Below, one piece after another: positions 1-13,334 of a stretch of DNA of 64,000 nt. The DNA lies in the NCBI GenBank assembly GCA_964016885.1, contig OZ024740.1, positions 304,172,001 to 304,236,000 on the forward strand. The letters run 5' to 3'. The position numbers were made by a program, and so were the translations under genes. This DNA is from Eledone cirrhosa (Eukaryota). Under the pieces are notes generated by a model. That model was not told where the DNA came from. It saw only the letters and a program-made list of their open reading frames with translations, and made no database searches. Numbering within the stretch: position 1 is the stretch's first letter; every line of letters starts with the position of its first letter.

Positions 1-244
1 ATCTAAGTCTTCTGTATTTCATAGCTCACTAAGGCGTGAAACGGTTGTTGTTTAATCCTCTATCAATTTTGATCCAGATGGCCCATGATCAGAGGCTTTC
101 CAGCCATGACCATCCCATCTTATTTTTTAGGCACAATGTATTTAGGAACTACATTTTCCAATATGTTCTTTGTTTTTTTTAAAGACGTGATTTAAGGGAG
201 ATTTTACTATTATTTCTAGCATTATCAAGAAAATATTGTCTTGT

Positions 245-2945
245 CTATCTCAACACCAACACACAACTAGAACCCATGAGGTTGCTACAAATACTAGGCC
301 TTACCATCAATGTGTGTCTCTCCTGGAAAATACACATCCTCAACATACCTAAAACTGCATTATAAAGACTGGTTAGAAAATACTTCAGCACTAAAAAATA
401 ACTTACTAGAGGCGACGGATGAGGTTTGTGGCTGGAGTAAGACCTCAAGCAGGAGGAGAGTGACTTGGTGGTGGAACAATAAGGTAGATGAAGCAGTCAA
501 GGCCAAGAGACAGGCATGGAAAGAATGGAAGAACGGGGGGAGCAGGGTACATTACATAGAGACCAAGAGGGAAGCTAGGCGACAAGTATACTTAGCTAGG
601 AGGGAAGCAGAGGATAGAAAATTCAAGCATGTTTTACAACGTGAGGACCAGAAACAGGAGGTATTCAAGATTGCGAGGCAGTGTGTCAGAGATAGTTGTG
701 ATGTCATTGGAGAGAAGTGTATCCGGAATGATAAAGGTGAGCTTGCCCTCACAAGTGCTGAGAAGAAAGATGCATGGAAGAGTCATTATGATAGATTACT
801 AAATGAGGAGAATGCATGGGAAGAAGAGACCCTACCCCACGTAGACCCTATAGAGGGACCAGCAGTACAAGTCAGCGGCAGCGTAGTAAGTAAGGCAATC
901 AGAGATATGAAGATAGGGAAGGCAACCGGTCCATCGGGTATAGCTGCCGAGATGCTGAAGGCATCTGGGTCTATAGGTCACACTATAACCACACGTATCG
1001 TTAACCAGGTAATACTAGAGGGGGCCATACCAAAAGATTGGTGCAGTAGCATCATTGTCAACTGCTACAAAGGTAAAGGCGATGCACTAGATAGAGGAAA
1101 CTATAGAGGTATAAAGTTGATGGACCAGGTCATGAAAGTAACAGAAAGAGTTATAGCACAGCTGATTAGGGACCGGGTGAATATAGACGAGATGCAATTT
1201 GGGTTTGTTCCAGGGAAAGGCACCACTGATGCGCTCTTCCTTGTGAGGCAATTACAGGAAAAGTACCTAGCTAAAAGTAAGCCACTCTACTTGGCATTTG
1301 TCGACCTTGAGAAAGCCTTTGACAGAGTTCCACGTGCAGTAATCTGGTGGGCTCTTAGAAAACTAGGAGTAGATGAATGGCTTGTGAAAGCGGTACAAGC
1401 CATGTATAGGGGAGCAGTCAGCAAAGTTAGGATTGGCAATGAGTATAGCGAGGAATTTAGCGTACAGGTTGGGGTCCACCAGGGCTCTGTTCTTAGCCCT
1501 CTCCTGTTCATCATAGTCCTGCAGGCAATAACGGAGGAGTTTAAGACCGGATGCCCATGGGAACTCCTGTATGCTGATGACCTCGCACTCATAGCTGAAT
1601 CTATGGTAGAACTAGAGAATAAATTCCAAACCTGGAAGCAGGGACTAGAGAGAAAGGGCCTCAAAGTCAACATGACAAAGACTAAGGTCCTTATAAGTAG
1701 ACGAGAAAACAGAACCCAGATCCCCTCAGGGAAATGGCCTTGCTCAGTATGTAGGAAAGGTGTAGGTAGGAACTCCATTCTTTGCCCCAAATGCAAACAA
1801 TGGGTACACAAGAGATGTAGCGGGATCTCAGGAAGCTTAATTAAGAATGTAGGATTCACATGCAGCAGCTGTGCTGAAACAGCAAGCAAACAGCCACAGG
1901 AAACAAGTACCACCAATCTCTGGGAGGGCCCTGTAGAAACAGTAGACAGCTTCTGCTACCTAGGTGACTGAATTAGCAACGGAGGTGGGTGCTCAGAAAG
2001 TACAATAACTAGGGTAAGAACGGGATGGAAGAAGTTTAGGGAACTACTACCACTGCTAGCTGCAAAAGGCTTCTCCCTCAGAATGAAAGGCAGACTGTAT
2101 GATGCGTGTATCCGAACAGCGATGTTGCATGGTAGTGAGACCTGGGCGCTGAAGGTGGAAGACTTACGTAGATTAGAGAGAAACGAAGCCTGCATGCTCC
2201 GATGGATGTGTAACAGTAATATACGTGAACGACAAAGCATAAATGAATTGAGAGAGAGACTGAGCATAAGAGGAATCAAATGCTGCGTGCAGGAGAGGCG
2301 GTTACGCTGGTATGGACATGTGATGCGTATGAAGGATGACAGCTGCATAAAAAGGTGCAGAGCACTAGAAGTTGATGGAAACCGCGGAGTGGGGAGACCC
2401 AAGATGACTTGGGATGAGGTGATAAAAGCCGACCTTACCCAACTACACCTCTCAAAGTCAATGACACACGACCGTGACTTCTGGCGTCACGCAGTAATAC
2501 AGGGTACCCGACCTCCCATGGGTACATGCTGAAGCATATAAACAATATGCCCCCCCCCCCCCCACCGCAAGGTGGTCGTGGAGGTGCCACGGCAAAAAAG
2601 CACCCAGCCCACACTGTAAAGTGGACGTGTAGGCGCCACGAAAAAGCACCCAGCACTCACTGTAAATGAGGTTGGTGTTAGGAAGGGCATCCAGCTGTAG
2701 AAATCAAGCCAGATCAGTTCCTGTATGAGCAAGGCATGGTCAGCCGACCAGACACTGCCCACAACAGGACAACCCGTCTAACCCATGCTAGCGTGGAAGA
2801 ACGGACGTAAAACGGTGATGATGATGATGATGATTTACTGACCCTCTACAAATACTCGGGCAAGACTTACAATGGGGTATTGCTCCCATATCTGGAGCAG
2901 CGCTGCTCACACATCTAGACATCCTAGATTGTACCCAAATAAAGG
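245..2945 (+). mobile_element. Degraded CR1/L2-like LINE fragment split by the RTE insertion (245-390 and 2835-2945)
   Basis: Flanks read SWKIHILNIPKTA..RKYFS | LLTLYK..TMGYCSHIWSSAA, a typical post-RT segment; a similar uninterrupted piece (RARKYFSLE*LLTFY) lies at ~29510-29560. Confidence 0.6.
391..2834 (+). mobile_element. 5'-truncated RTE-clade LINE (RT + PHD finger), one in-frame TGA at 1969-1971
   Basis: RT motifs QFGF, AFVDLEKAFDRV, GVHQGSVLSPLLF, LYADD; C-terminal RLRWYGHVMR; 3'UTR repeats and (GAT)n tail. Confidence 0.95.
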
Positions 2946-3265
2946 ACACGTCCATGTAATAAGTTGTTTAAGCCATTGGTGCCACAATGAAATGTAGCCA
3001 GTACACCTTGTAAGGTGTGAGTATTGGTGCCATATTAAAATGTACCCAATCCACTACGTAAAATAGTAGTGGTGGTGCCACTACCGCCTTTCATAGGCGC
3101 CGCTAACTCCACTGCTGGTTACTCGTCGTCCGCCTGCATCTAACTGCTTAACACCGGGAGCTGCACAAACTGGCGTTCACACCGTTGCTAGGCACTGCAC
3201 AAACTGGCGTTCACACCGTTGCTAGGCACTGCACAAACTGGCATTCACACCGTTGCTAGGCACCA

Positions 3266-6238
3266 CTAGAGAGCGCCCTCTGCTGGCCCTTCCGGTCGAG
3301 CATCCTTCCGGCCAAGCACTCTTCCGGTCAAGCACTCTTCTGGTTGAGCACTCCCCAGCTTCCGGCCACCGCACACCACACCATACCCACACGCCCCCCT
3401 GATCTCACGGATCAATTTCCCCCTCATCCTTCTGCATATGAAAGTCTGCTGTCCAGTTGGTGGTTTACGACTTCTTTGCGATCTCCGCAGTGGTGGGGCA
3501 GCACTTTGGGTTACCTCTTCCTCGGAGTCCGTTGACACAGTGATTCTATGTACATCCAAGACATGACGTGGTACTCCATCCACGGACACATTGTTCTGTG
3601 AATTTACGGCCGTCACTGTTCCCCTTCCCCATTGAGATGTGCAACGTGCATCTGGGGGCTTAACCCAGTGTTCTTCACCCACCTGCACGAATGCACTCTC
3701 TCTCCCCACTGGCCGTTGTGGTGGCATGCACGGGTGCCGCCACTCGTATCTGAATACTGCTCTGTGTGGCACCGATTCCTCGACCTGTCCCACCCGAGGG
3801 GACATGTTGTACCAGAACACTGCCTCCATTGGTGAGATATGGCCCCGCTCCGCCATTGCCTTGATCGTCCGGTGGTGTCGCTCCACAATTCCATTCCCGC
3901 TCGGCCTGTGCGCCGCTCTGAAGAAACGGTCCACCTTCCATCCATCGAACATCTCCCTCAGTGCCTCCGAGCGGAACGCTGCGCTGTTGTCCATCATCAG
4001 TTCGTCCACAGGGCCCCGCTCCAAGAACACCTCTCTCAACGTCCACATGATTTCCTCAGCCGTTCCAGTCTTCATCTCCCTCCATATCGCCATCCGTCCT
4101 GGTCCACAGTCGACCATCGAGAGGTACGTTCCCTGTCGGTAGTGCGTTACATCCACCGCCAATCGCTTCCAGTCGCGATCCACCGGGAGGCTTCCCGTTT
4201 CGTGTACACCCAGGGCGGAATTAATGGACTGACATCGGACGCAGCCTCTAATCACCCTTTGAACACTGTGTCTGTTAACGTCCGAGTCGATTCTCCTGGC
4301 TAGGAACAGGCTCCTATCCACTCCCATGTGGTGCATGTCATGCAACCCTTTCAGATCCGACTCGGTCAGCCGACACACGGCAGCTATCTCATCTTCTACC
4401 TCCTCCGGCGCTTCCATCCAGGCTTTCTTTACCCTAGTTAAGATGTCCGCCCTATTTTTCTCTGAGGGCACGAAAACTACGCTCAGCCTCAGGTCGAACT
4501 CGGTGGCCAGCTCTCCTAAAGTTCCCAGGCGGCGCTTTATCAGCATCTCCGCCGCGCCTCTCGTTCGCACTCTCTTCTCACTAGTGAGCACTGATCTTAC
4601 CCATCCGAGTACAGTAGCCGAGTCGGTGCGTATCTCAATGGTGCGCAGCCCCCACCTCAGGGCGAGGTTCACCCCGCTCAACACTGCGTCCAATTCGGCC
4701 ACATTGATGTGGTTGCAGCCGTCCTTCTTCCTAAGCCAGGCTGCATCCTCGACCTCAACATCTCCTATCTCCAACGTGACACCCAGCGCTATGCTGCTGG
4801 CATCGCACCATACGGTCCCACTCTGTGATTTGGGAACATACCAGCGTCCCCGCACTGGGTCGTCGGCCTTCACCCTCCCCACGATCTCCTGCATCATGGC
4901 TACCGTCCTCTCTCCCACTCTGTCACTCCAAGTCACTCCTCCCGCTCGTCTCTTGACATAGCTGCATGCCGTCCGGAGCCACCCAGCGATCGGGTAGTGA
5001 CCCGCCAGCTTTCCATACACAGAGAAAAGCTCCACTTCTGGAACTTTGTTTCCCCTCTGGAATACCAAGACGCCCGTCCTGTCTCGCCGTAGCCTAAGTC
5101 CCAGCGCGGCTCCTCCCTCCAATGCTTCTGACGGCTTCACAGCCAGTCCATACCCCTGTAAATGGCTCGTGACCTCCGCCGCCGACACGACAGACTTGTC
5201 CACTAGGATGTCGTCAATATAGGAGTTAGTAGCCCTCGTCTTGTCGGCCTTTCCCAAAATGGTCTTGAGGACCGCCGCCATGATCTTCGGTGCGGAGCTC
5301 AGCCCGAAACCGAGCCTGGTCAGGCAATATGTCCGGCCCTTATACCTGACCAGCTGATACTGCCAGAGCTTCTCGTCTATATGCAATTGCAAGTATGCCG
5401 ACTTTAGATCTACGATTGCTGAACACCCCGTCATGCGTCTCCACTCACGCAGGGTTTCCCCACAGACATCCGTGACCTCGCCACCCGTGTGGCATGACAC
5501 GTGCTCGTTCAGCTCCCGAAAGTCCAGCACTGGCCTCACCTTGTTCTTTGTGGGTTGCACCACCGCCATTAACGGCAATACTCCGCACTTCACCTCCTCC
5601 TTCCAGGGAAGCAGTATGCCCTCTTCAATCCATCTCTCTACCTCTCGCTCGAACTCGCTCCTAATGTTTCCCTTCAATGTGTGTTGATAGCAGCCCACTT
5701 TGGTCTTCAGTGTTGGTGGTTCTCCCTTCCACTACCACTCAACAACCCATCGCTGCCCATCGAACACGGCCTTGAAGTCTTTGTCCTGCACAGTGTAAGC
5801 GGGGTATTTCTCCTCGTGGGCCTTCTGGTTCTCCTGTCGCGCACTCACAGCGCATACCGATGCAGCGGCGCCAAACGACACACCGACATTGTTCACTGTG
5901 ACGCCTCCTAGACGGCCAATTGCGTCCATGCCCATAACCATGCCGATCCCATCCACCACGCTGTCTACTACGATGGCAGAAAGCCTTATTTTCCTTCCCC
6001 GTACCGCTATTTCCATCTCGCTGTGACCTCGGCATTCAATTTTCCTGCCGTCGACTGCCCTTACGCTGCTCTTCCCTCTCCACCTCTGCACCACCCCCGT
6101 GGTCACCAGTGTTGTCGTACAGCCCGTGTCCACTAGGGCTCGCTGTGGCTTCCCCCTCACGAAGACTTCCACCACGGGCAGCGCTGCTACTCGTAAGGGG
6201 CAACTACCGGCGCAGTAGTACCCCTTGGATCGTTTCCC
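3266..6238 (-). pseudogene. Gypsy pol: protease (ALVDTGC), RT (YIDD), RNase H, integrase (HHCC + DDE); single in-frame TAG at 5732-5734
   Basis: ORFs 5732-6175 and 3266-5698 share a frame separated only by one TAG. Confidence 0.88.
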
Positions 6239-6930
6239 TGGTCGCAGTTAGTAGCGATGTGGCCTGGTCGCTTACACCGGTAGCATGTTATTTCCGGCCT
6301 TGACTCTCTGCGGTCTCTAGCCATGTGCGGGCCCTGGCACCGAAAACAGCGACCTCTAAACGTTCGCGGGCGACCGCGTGCCATGGTTGCCTCCCTTTCA
6401 CCATTTCGCTGCCAGCTGTCTTGAGCCTCTGTAGTTGCTATCGCCGCAACACTCTTTTTGGCATCTTCCGCTATGATCCGGGCTTGTTCCAGTGAACGCA
6501 TTTCCATTTCTTTATAACCCGGGACTTGCTGCAGTTTCACCGCTATGTCGTCTGGAAATCCATTTATGAACGCCAACCGCACCGTGCGTTCGCATTCCAC
6601 CTGATATCCAGCCAACATGGCCAATCGCCGTATTTCCGCTGCAAAAATGTCGACGCGCTCACCATTCCATCTGATTCTCACCAGCTTAGCAAAAGCGCCC
6701 AACGGTCCCTCGGCGAATGCATCTATCAGGCGCCTCTCAATCTTTTGCGCATCTCTTTGGCTGTGTTCGTCCAACTCAAGGAAGAGTACCAACGCGTCCC
6801 CCTCGAGGTACAGTGCCATGAGGCCAGCCACATCTTCTATCTTCTGCAAGCTTGCGACCAGCCGAACTTTCCGCAGCCAAGCGACAATATCACCTTCCCC
6901 GGTAAATGCCCTGATAACTTCGCCATCTTC
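6187..6930 (-). CDS. Gypsy gag (N-terminus damaged; one intact CCHC knuckle, one degenerate)
   Basis: CYRCKRPGHIATNC knuckle; CFRCQGPHMARDR lacks its last Cys. Confidence 0.8.
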   Translation of the reverse strand, partial: EDGEVIRAFTGEGDIVAWLRKVRLVASLQKIEDVAGLMALYLEGDALVLFLELDEHSQRDAQKIERRLIDAFAEGPLGAFAKLVRIRWNGERVDIFAAEIRRLAMLAGYQVECERTVRLAFINGFPDDIAVKLQQVPGYKEMEMRSLEQARIIAEDAKKSVAAIATTEAQDSWQRNGEREATMARGRPRTFRGRCFRCQGPHMARDRRESRPEITCYRCKRPGHIATNCDQGNDPRGTTAPVVAPYE

Positions 6931-8789
6931 TGATTTGTCTTGCGGTACATGATAAAAAAAAACAACAGACTCCTCTCTGTTTTTCCAGTAGCTTTTTTTC
7001 TTTTTTTTTTCAATCAGATCTGTTTCCAGTGGCCGAAATAGCTTGTGGTTAGAAAAAGCTACCTCACCGCTTTTCATAGGCGAAGCTAACTCCACTGCTG
7101 GTTACTCCTCGTCCGCCTGCGTCCAACTGCTTAACACCGGGAGCTGCACAAACTCGCGTTCACACCGTTGCTAGGCACTTCACAAACTGGCGTTCACACC
7201 GTTGCTAGGCACCACTAGAGAGCGCCCTCTGCTGGCCCTTCCGGTCGAGCATCCTTCCGGCCAAGCACCCTTCCGGTCGAGCACTCCCCCGCCTCCGGCC
7301 ACCGCACGCCAACCATACCCACACCCAGTACACTCTGTAAGGTGGTTGGCAGTAAGAAGGGCATCCAGCTGAAGAAACCATGTAAAATGTAGAATGTATC
7401 AGCAAGATGAGGTTGTTCTGGCTCTTCAGGTCTCTAATTATGTCAACTTGTCCAATCCACACCACCATGGAAAGTGAACATGAAATGATGATGATGATGA
7501 TGATGATAGTAATAGGAAACTCTGAGTATGGAACAAATTGAAGCTGCAGCTTCAAATAAATAAATGCACACACACACATACACACACACTCATGTCACCT
7601 TAGTAAGCATATAATTCTTGGTCACTCTCTTAATCCTTTCATGACTACATTTTTAATGATTGATTCATGAAGAATTTTGAGGGATTTACTAAAATTATAA
7701 ATTATTTCATTACTAAGATAGTAACTTAATGTAAGGTTCTTATATAAAATCACGTTGGAAGATTTTAAATTGGAAACCTTTAAAATAGATGACATTATTT
7801 CATAGAACTAGAGCCAGTTTTGGTGGGGTTGGTAACTAAAGGGTTAATCCTTAATTGTGTTTCCTCTCCTTTGGTTATTCTCACACATGCATGCACACAT
7901 ATACATATATATACATACACATATACATTTCCCAGAGAACTATTATGTAATATTTGATTCCAGTCTTTGACTGACTTATCTCTGTTCTTATTGCTTCATA
8001 CCCTGTTGTTATCTTTAACCCTTTTAATACAAACTGCCTGAAACTGCCCCGGGTTCTACAATACAAAGCTGTTTATTTTGAAGTGTTTTTTGTAAGAACT
8101 TTTTCTTTTTTTTTCTGGTTAAAAAAGTTTTATTTAAATAATTTATTAAGTTTTCGTAATTAATTATATAAATAATGAAAAAGGGGGGAAGAGGTAAAGA
8201 AGGGCAGATTTGGCTGTATAGGAAAGTAGAGGAAAGGACTATATATGCCATATCAGAAAGTAAAGAACTATAAATGCCATAAATGAGAAGAAAAGGAGGG
8301 GAAAGAGCAAGGACTATTAGTCCATGGAAGAAAGAGAGGGGAAGGGGTGGGCAGTGTTAAGTTATTCTACAACATCAGCTTAATAATGAGAAAGTTATAT
8401 TATACAATTCCTCCAAATTATTATTTTCAAAATGAGTTTAAAATCAGAGACAGTTCCTTTCATTAGAATATGGTTACAAAACGGTTAAGTCTCACTTTAC
8501 CCAACACTCACTCACCATAAATATTTCTCTCTCTCTCTCCAAATGCAACAAATAGTGGAAGGGAGAGAGAGAGAAGAAGAACGAGAGTGAGAGAGAGACT
8601 GTATTCATATCCTATTAAATCCATTCAGCTGGACCATCCATACTATCTTACCATGGCAACCATTCAAATTAATTATGTTGGCTAAATTATGGCTTTTATT
8701 ATTATTATTATTTTTATTTAATTAAAGTTATATGACATTGTTCTTTTCAAAAGTTCTGTTGTCCAACATGGCAGAACTGGTTCAGGCCT

Positions 8790-9580
8790 CATGGTCACAC
8801 AGCATGGTCGAATGGTTAAAAGGTTTGCTTTACTATCATTAGTCTCAGGTTCGATCCCAGAGGTTAGCATCTTGGACAAATGTCATTTACTATATGCTTG
8901 GGTCAACCCATACCTTATGTGTGAAACTGAGTTGACAGAAACTGTTTGGAAGCCTGTTAGATAGATTGTACTTGTAATTCAAAGAGCCAGCCTTGTTATA
9001 CAGCGTTTCACTGAACTCCCGGCAAATTACGTTAAGGGTACATATGTCTGTAGAATGCTCAGCCACTCACACTATATTACAAGATAGACTGTACTTGTAA
9101 TTCAAAGAGCCAGCCTTGTCATACACTGTGTTTCACTGAATCTCCCTGAGAATTATAGTAAGCTGCAGGTATCTACAGAATGCTCAGACATTTACATTAT
9201 ATAATGATTTCTACTATAGGCACAAGGTCAGCATTTTGGGGCAGAGGAAAGTCGATTAAATTGACCCCAGTGCATACTGGTACTTTATTTTATTGACTCC
9301 GTAAGGATGAAAAGCAAAGTTAACCTCGATGGGATTTGAACTCAGAATGTAGAGGGCCATAACTACATGCCACAAAACATGTGGGCCAATGCTCTACCGA
9401 ATACAAGATAAACTGTATCTGTAATTCAAAGGGCCAGCCATGTCACACACTGTCATGCTGAACCTCGCTGAGAATTACGTCAACGGTACACGTGTGTGTC
9501 TATGGAATGCTCAGCCACTTACATGTTAAGTTCTATTGATCAAACAACTGAAATACTCCTCTTTGAAACTGACTGAGATC
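8790..9580. mobile_element. Cluster of SINEs with tandemly reiterated tail module; related to 12160-12470 and 61620-62000
   Basis: Repeated module gactgtacttgtaattcaaagagccagccttgtcacac...gaatgctcagccact. Confidence 0.6.
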
Positions 9581-9719
9581 CATTATATAGTCTCATTCAG
9601 GTCTCCTCTTCTTCCTCCTTCTCCTCTTGTTGTTGTTGTCACCAACTTGGTGCACTGTGGAGTTATGTCTGCACAACCAATGGTTTAATTAGCTTCTAGT
9701 ACATGTTACTTTTTGAATT

Positions 9720-10032
9720 GATAGTGGTGGTGGTGATGGTAGTAGTAGTAATGGTAGTGGTGGTGGTGATGGTAGTGGTGGTGGTGGTGATAGTAGTAGT
9801 AGTAGTGGTAGTAGTAGTGGTGGTGGTGGTGGTGGCAATGGTAATGGCTGTAGTAAGCAAGTCTGCTTATTACATACAGCTTTCTATTTGATACTGGTTG
9901 TTTTAGTTAAATTAAACTTCATTCGGTTGTTTGTTTGTGTATGAGGGGGAGGTTATCTAAATAAACACACACCCACAGTACTCACTACTGCATCACTGAA
10001 TGTACACACACACACAAATACATACACGCATG

Positions 10033-10064
<32 letters not shown>

Positions 10065-10136
10065 CACATATATAAATATAGACACACACATATTTCAATA
10101 TAGACACACATACACACACACACACACACACACATC

Positions 10137-10177
<41 letters not shown>

Positions 10178-10180
10178 GTT
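9720..10180. repeat. Microsatellites (GTG/GTA)n, (CA)n, (TA)n, (GA)n; further (TA)n/(GA)n runs at 38030-38090, 48405-48515, 52515-52660, 57150-57207
   Basis: Directly visible simple repeats. Confidence 0.95.
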
Positions 10181-13100
10181 TAGAAGAGTTGAAATCAGTG
10201 TTGCAGCATATGTACAAATTTAATATGTATATCACAATTGTTTTGATATCGATCAGCTCAGGTTACAATTGAGGTGAAGGGGCCTAATTCTTTTTTGCCA
10301 TCTCATCGGATATGCGAGCTTATATGATACACACCTAACTAACATATATATGTGTTAGTTAAATCAGTTCTGTATGAATAGGACATGGTCACCTGACCTA
10401 GCATTGCCCACAACAGGACAATTCATTTAACCCATGCTAGTGTGGAAAATGGATGTAAATCGGTAATGATGATGATCATATATATATGTACATGCATATA
10501 GAACAATCTTTACGCACCTCTCTCAGGCCCTTGTTTTATTTTTATTCTGTCCATTTTTATGTTTTTGTTATTCTTTTTTTTTTAGTTGTTAGTTTGAGAA
10601 GAAGAGACAGTGGCCATGGCCTTCTTACTCCCACTCTCCGTCATAGCTTGGAGAATTAAGATATGTGCATTGGCCTAATGTGCTTAATGGCAAATTTAAA
10701 TTGGCATGATTTTGTTGTTGCTTTTTTTCCACATGGGTCTGCTATTACATCTTATGTCAGCACTCATCAGTAGTGATTGTTTTCAACAGGGCACAAGGCC
10801 AATTTTATCATGGATGGGACATAGTTGTTTCAATGTAACTCATTATTCTTATTTGCAACTTAGTTAACTCACATTGTAAAGATGAATGGCAAAGTTAATT
10901 AACTCCTGCGTTTCTTTAAAGCTGGAGTTAATAATTATTATAACCAATAAGGTAAGGTCTCAAGGTAAATTGCCAAGTGTTTTTATTTATTTATTTGTCT
11001 TTTTTCTCTCTTAAAATACTCCCCCTTTGAAAAGACAAAATAAAATTTTGGAAATGTTTTTTTCAAAACTCTAAGTTGCTGAAAAAAAAAAGAAAAAAAA
11101 AAAAAGATTTCCACAACTCAAACAGTAACAGCTGTTGGATTGGTGCTGAATGGACAGCAACTAATGTTGTTTTTTTTTACTTGTTTTAAAGAAAATATCA
11201 AAACTGATATTAACTGCTTGATTGATCCTTCAGTACAAACATTTAGTCCACATACATGACAACAAGAATTCTAAACCCTTTTGATACCAAACTGCCTGAA
11301 ATGATCCCTGGTTCTATGATATATAACTGTTTATTTTCAAGTGTTCATATTTATCTAAAAAACTTCTATCATAATTTTATGTAAGAAGCTTTATTCAATT
11401 ATGTTCCAAGCATCAGGTAGATTATGAGAAAGTGAGTAATTTTACTAAATCTGCTCCAATTTTTTTTATTATTTTCAAAATGATTTGAAAATAATAGGCA
11501 GTGTATTTCATGAGAAATATGGTAATGAAATGTTTAATCTTCGATGGTTTAGCTTCCTTGTGTCTGCTACTTGTTTCATTCTGCTGTGTCATCAGGCAGC
11601 TATATCAATTATCATATATTTACTGGTAAAATTCTACATAACATTAATGTGCTGAATGATAGAAAGATAAAATAGGCTCCCAGCTAGGTTTGAACTACTG
11701 GAAGGCATCAGGTTTGGGGTCTGTTAACTTAGCCTTTTGAACATACTGAAATGAGAAATTAAGTTACATTTCTTTATGTTCTCAATTGGAGAGAAATGAA
11801 GCTGCCATTCTTTGTTGGTGTGAGAGAAAAGCAGAGCTTGGACAAACTGAGAGAGAAGCTGGGTTTAAGAGGAATCTGAGGGAGTGTGCAGGAGAGAACA
11901 CTGCGTTGGTACGGACATATGATGCACATGGATGATGATCAATGAGTGAAGAAGTGCCAAGAAATGCCAGTGGGAAGGAATCACAGTAGTGGTAGACCAA
12001 GAAAGACCTGAGCAGAGGTGGTGAGAGCTGACCTCAAATTGCTGAGAATCAGAAGAAATGACAAAGAAATGTGGCAAGTGGAGAGATGCTGTGCTGAGAA
12101 GGAGCCATCCAACCCATGCAAGCATGGTAACCGGACATAAGAATGATGATGATGCAGCATGCCCGAATAGTTAAGAGGTTTACTTCACAAGCATGAGGTT
12201 CCAGTTTAGTTCTCATCACATGGCATCTTGGGCAGGTGTTTTTGTTTTTACAATAAAATCAGATTAACCCAAACTTTATGAGTGAAATTGGATAGACAGA
12301 AACTATTTGAAAGCTTGTCCAATGGATTATACCTGTAATTCAAAGTGCTAACCCTGTCACACTGTGTCACACTGAATCTTTATGAGATTTAAACTAAGGG
12401 TACACATGTCTGTGGAATGCTCTACCACTTACATGTTAATTGACCAAACAACAGGAACTCTGATTGTCAAAAATTCATGGAAATCCATGTATCTTGTTTT
12501 TCTCACATTTATTCTATCAACTTTCACCCCCCTTCACCTTACAAATTTATAGATTTTCATCAATGTGAAAGTTAATATTTTGAAAACTATTTTGAATCTA
12601 TATTTTCCATGGGATGTTTTTTTTTTTACCAATTTATGCATTTGTATATTGTAAGAGCCTTTTTTTTCTCTTTTGTAAACTGGGAAATAGCTGTTGTCAG
12701 CCAGTAGCTTGAGACAAGTTCAGTGAGGTGATCTATCCAGTAGCACAAAACAATGACTTTAGTAAAGTGGGAACTCTCTATTGTCTTTCCTCTTCTGTGT
12801 TGTTGCTGTCCTGTAACTAACAGCAAACAGTTCCTCACTCTTGAAAAGCTTTTAATAGCCAGTTTAACATTTTTTTATCAATCCACCCACAACCACTCCG
12901 TTTCTAAGATACAAAATCACTTGTTTTAAACATTAGTTACCAACCCGGCTAAAACAACTCGTTTTGAAGGTTTCCAATTTAAATTAAAACCTCCCAACAT
13001 GATTTTATATAAGAACCTTACATTAAGTTATCTTAATAATGAAATAATTAATAATTTTAGTAAATTCCTCAACATTCTTTATTAATTAATTAAAATAGAG

Positions 13101-13334
13101 TGTATTTCATTGGAAATGTGATGGTAAAATGGTTAAACATATTTTGACACAAGAACCTTTTTGTTAAGCCATGTTACAAATACCATTTTAATAATTTAGA
13201 TAATTAATAATTTTAGTAAATTCCTCCAAATTCTTCATTAATTAATTCAAACACAGTATATTTTATTATAAATATGGTAATGAAAGGGTTAAGGAAAGGA
13301 TGTCAGTCTACTACAGTATGTATCATTATAAATA

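Larger units (their letters stand above)
3083..7323 (-). mobile_element. Ty3/Gypsy LTR retrotransposon (gag-PR-RT-RH-IN)
   Basis: Direct LTRs 3083-3391 and ~6941/7066-7323, both starting TGTGGGTATGG on the minus strand; PPT AGATCAGGGGGGCG next to the 3' LTR; Gypsy domain order. Confidence 0.95.

Noticed and set aside
1969-1971. Programmed read-through or selenocysteine at the RTE in-frame TGA
   Set aside because: Other copies encode a normal residue here (GDKI), so it is a point mutation
5732-5734. Programmed read-through TAG in Gypsy pol
   Set aside because: It lies between protease and RT, not at the gag-pol junction; most simply a Tyr codon mutated to a stop
6931-7095. N-terminal extension of gag in the ORF track
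   Set aside because: Runs through LTR and poly-A-like sequence; probably a fortuitous open frame
8800-8870. tRNA gene
   Set aside because: Only box A/B-like SINE head with no cloverleaf, followed by SINE body
9703-10272. Poly-Val and YI/HT-repeat ORFs (also 48385-48660, 49278-50269, 52440-52808)
   Set aside because: Translations of microsatellites and minisatellites
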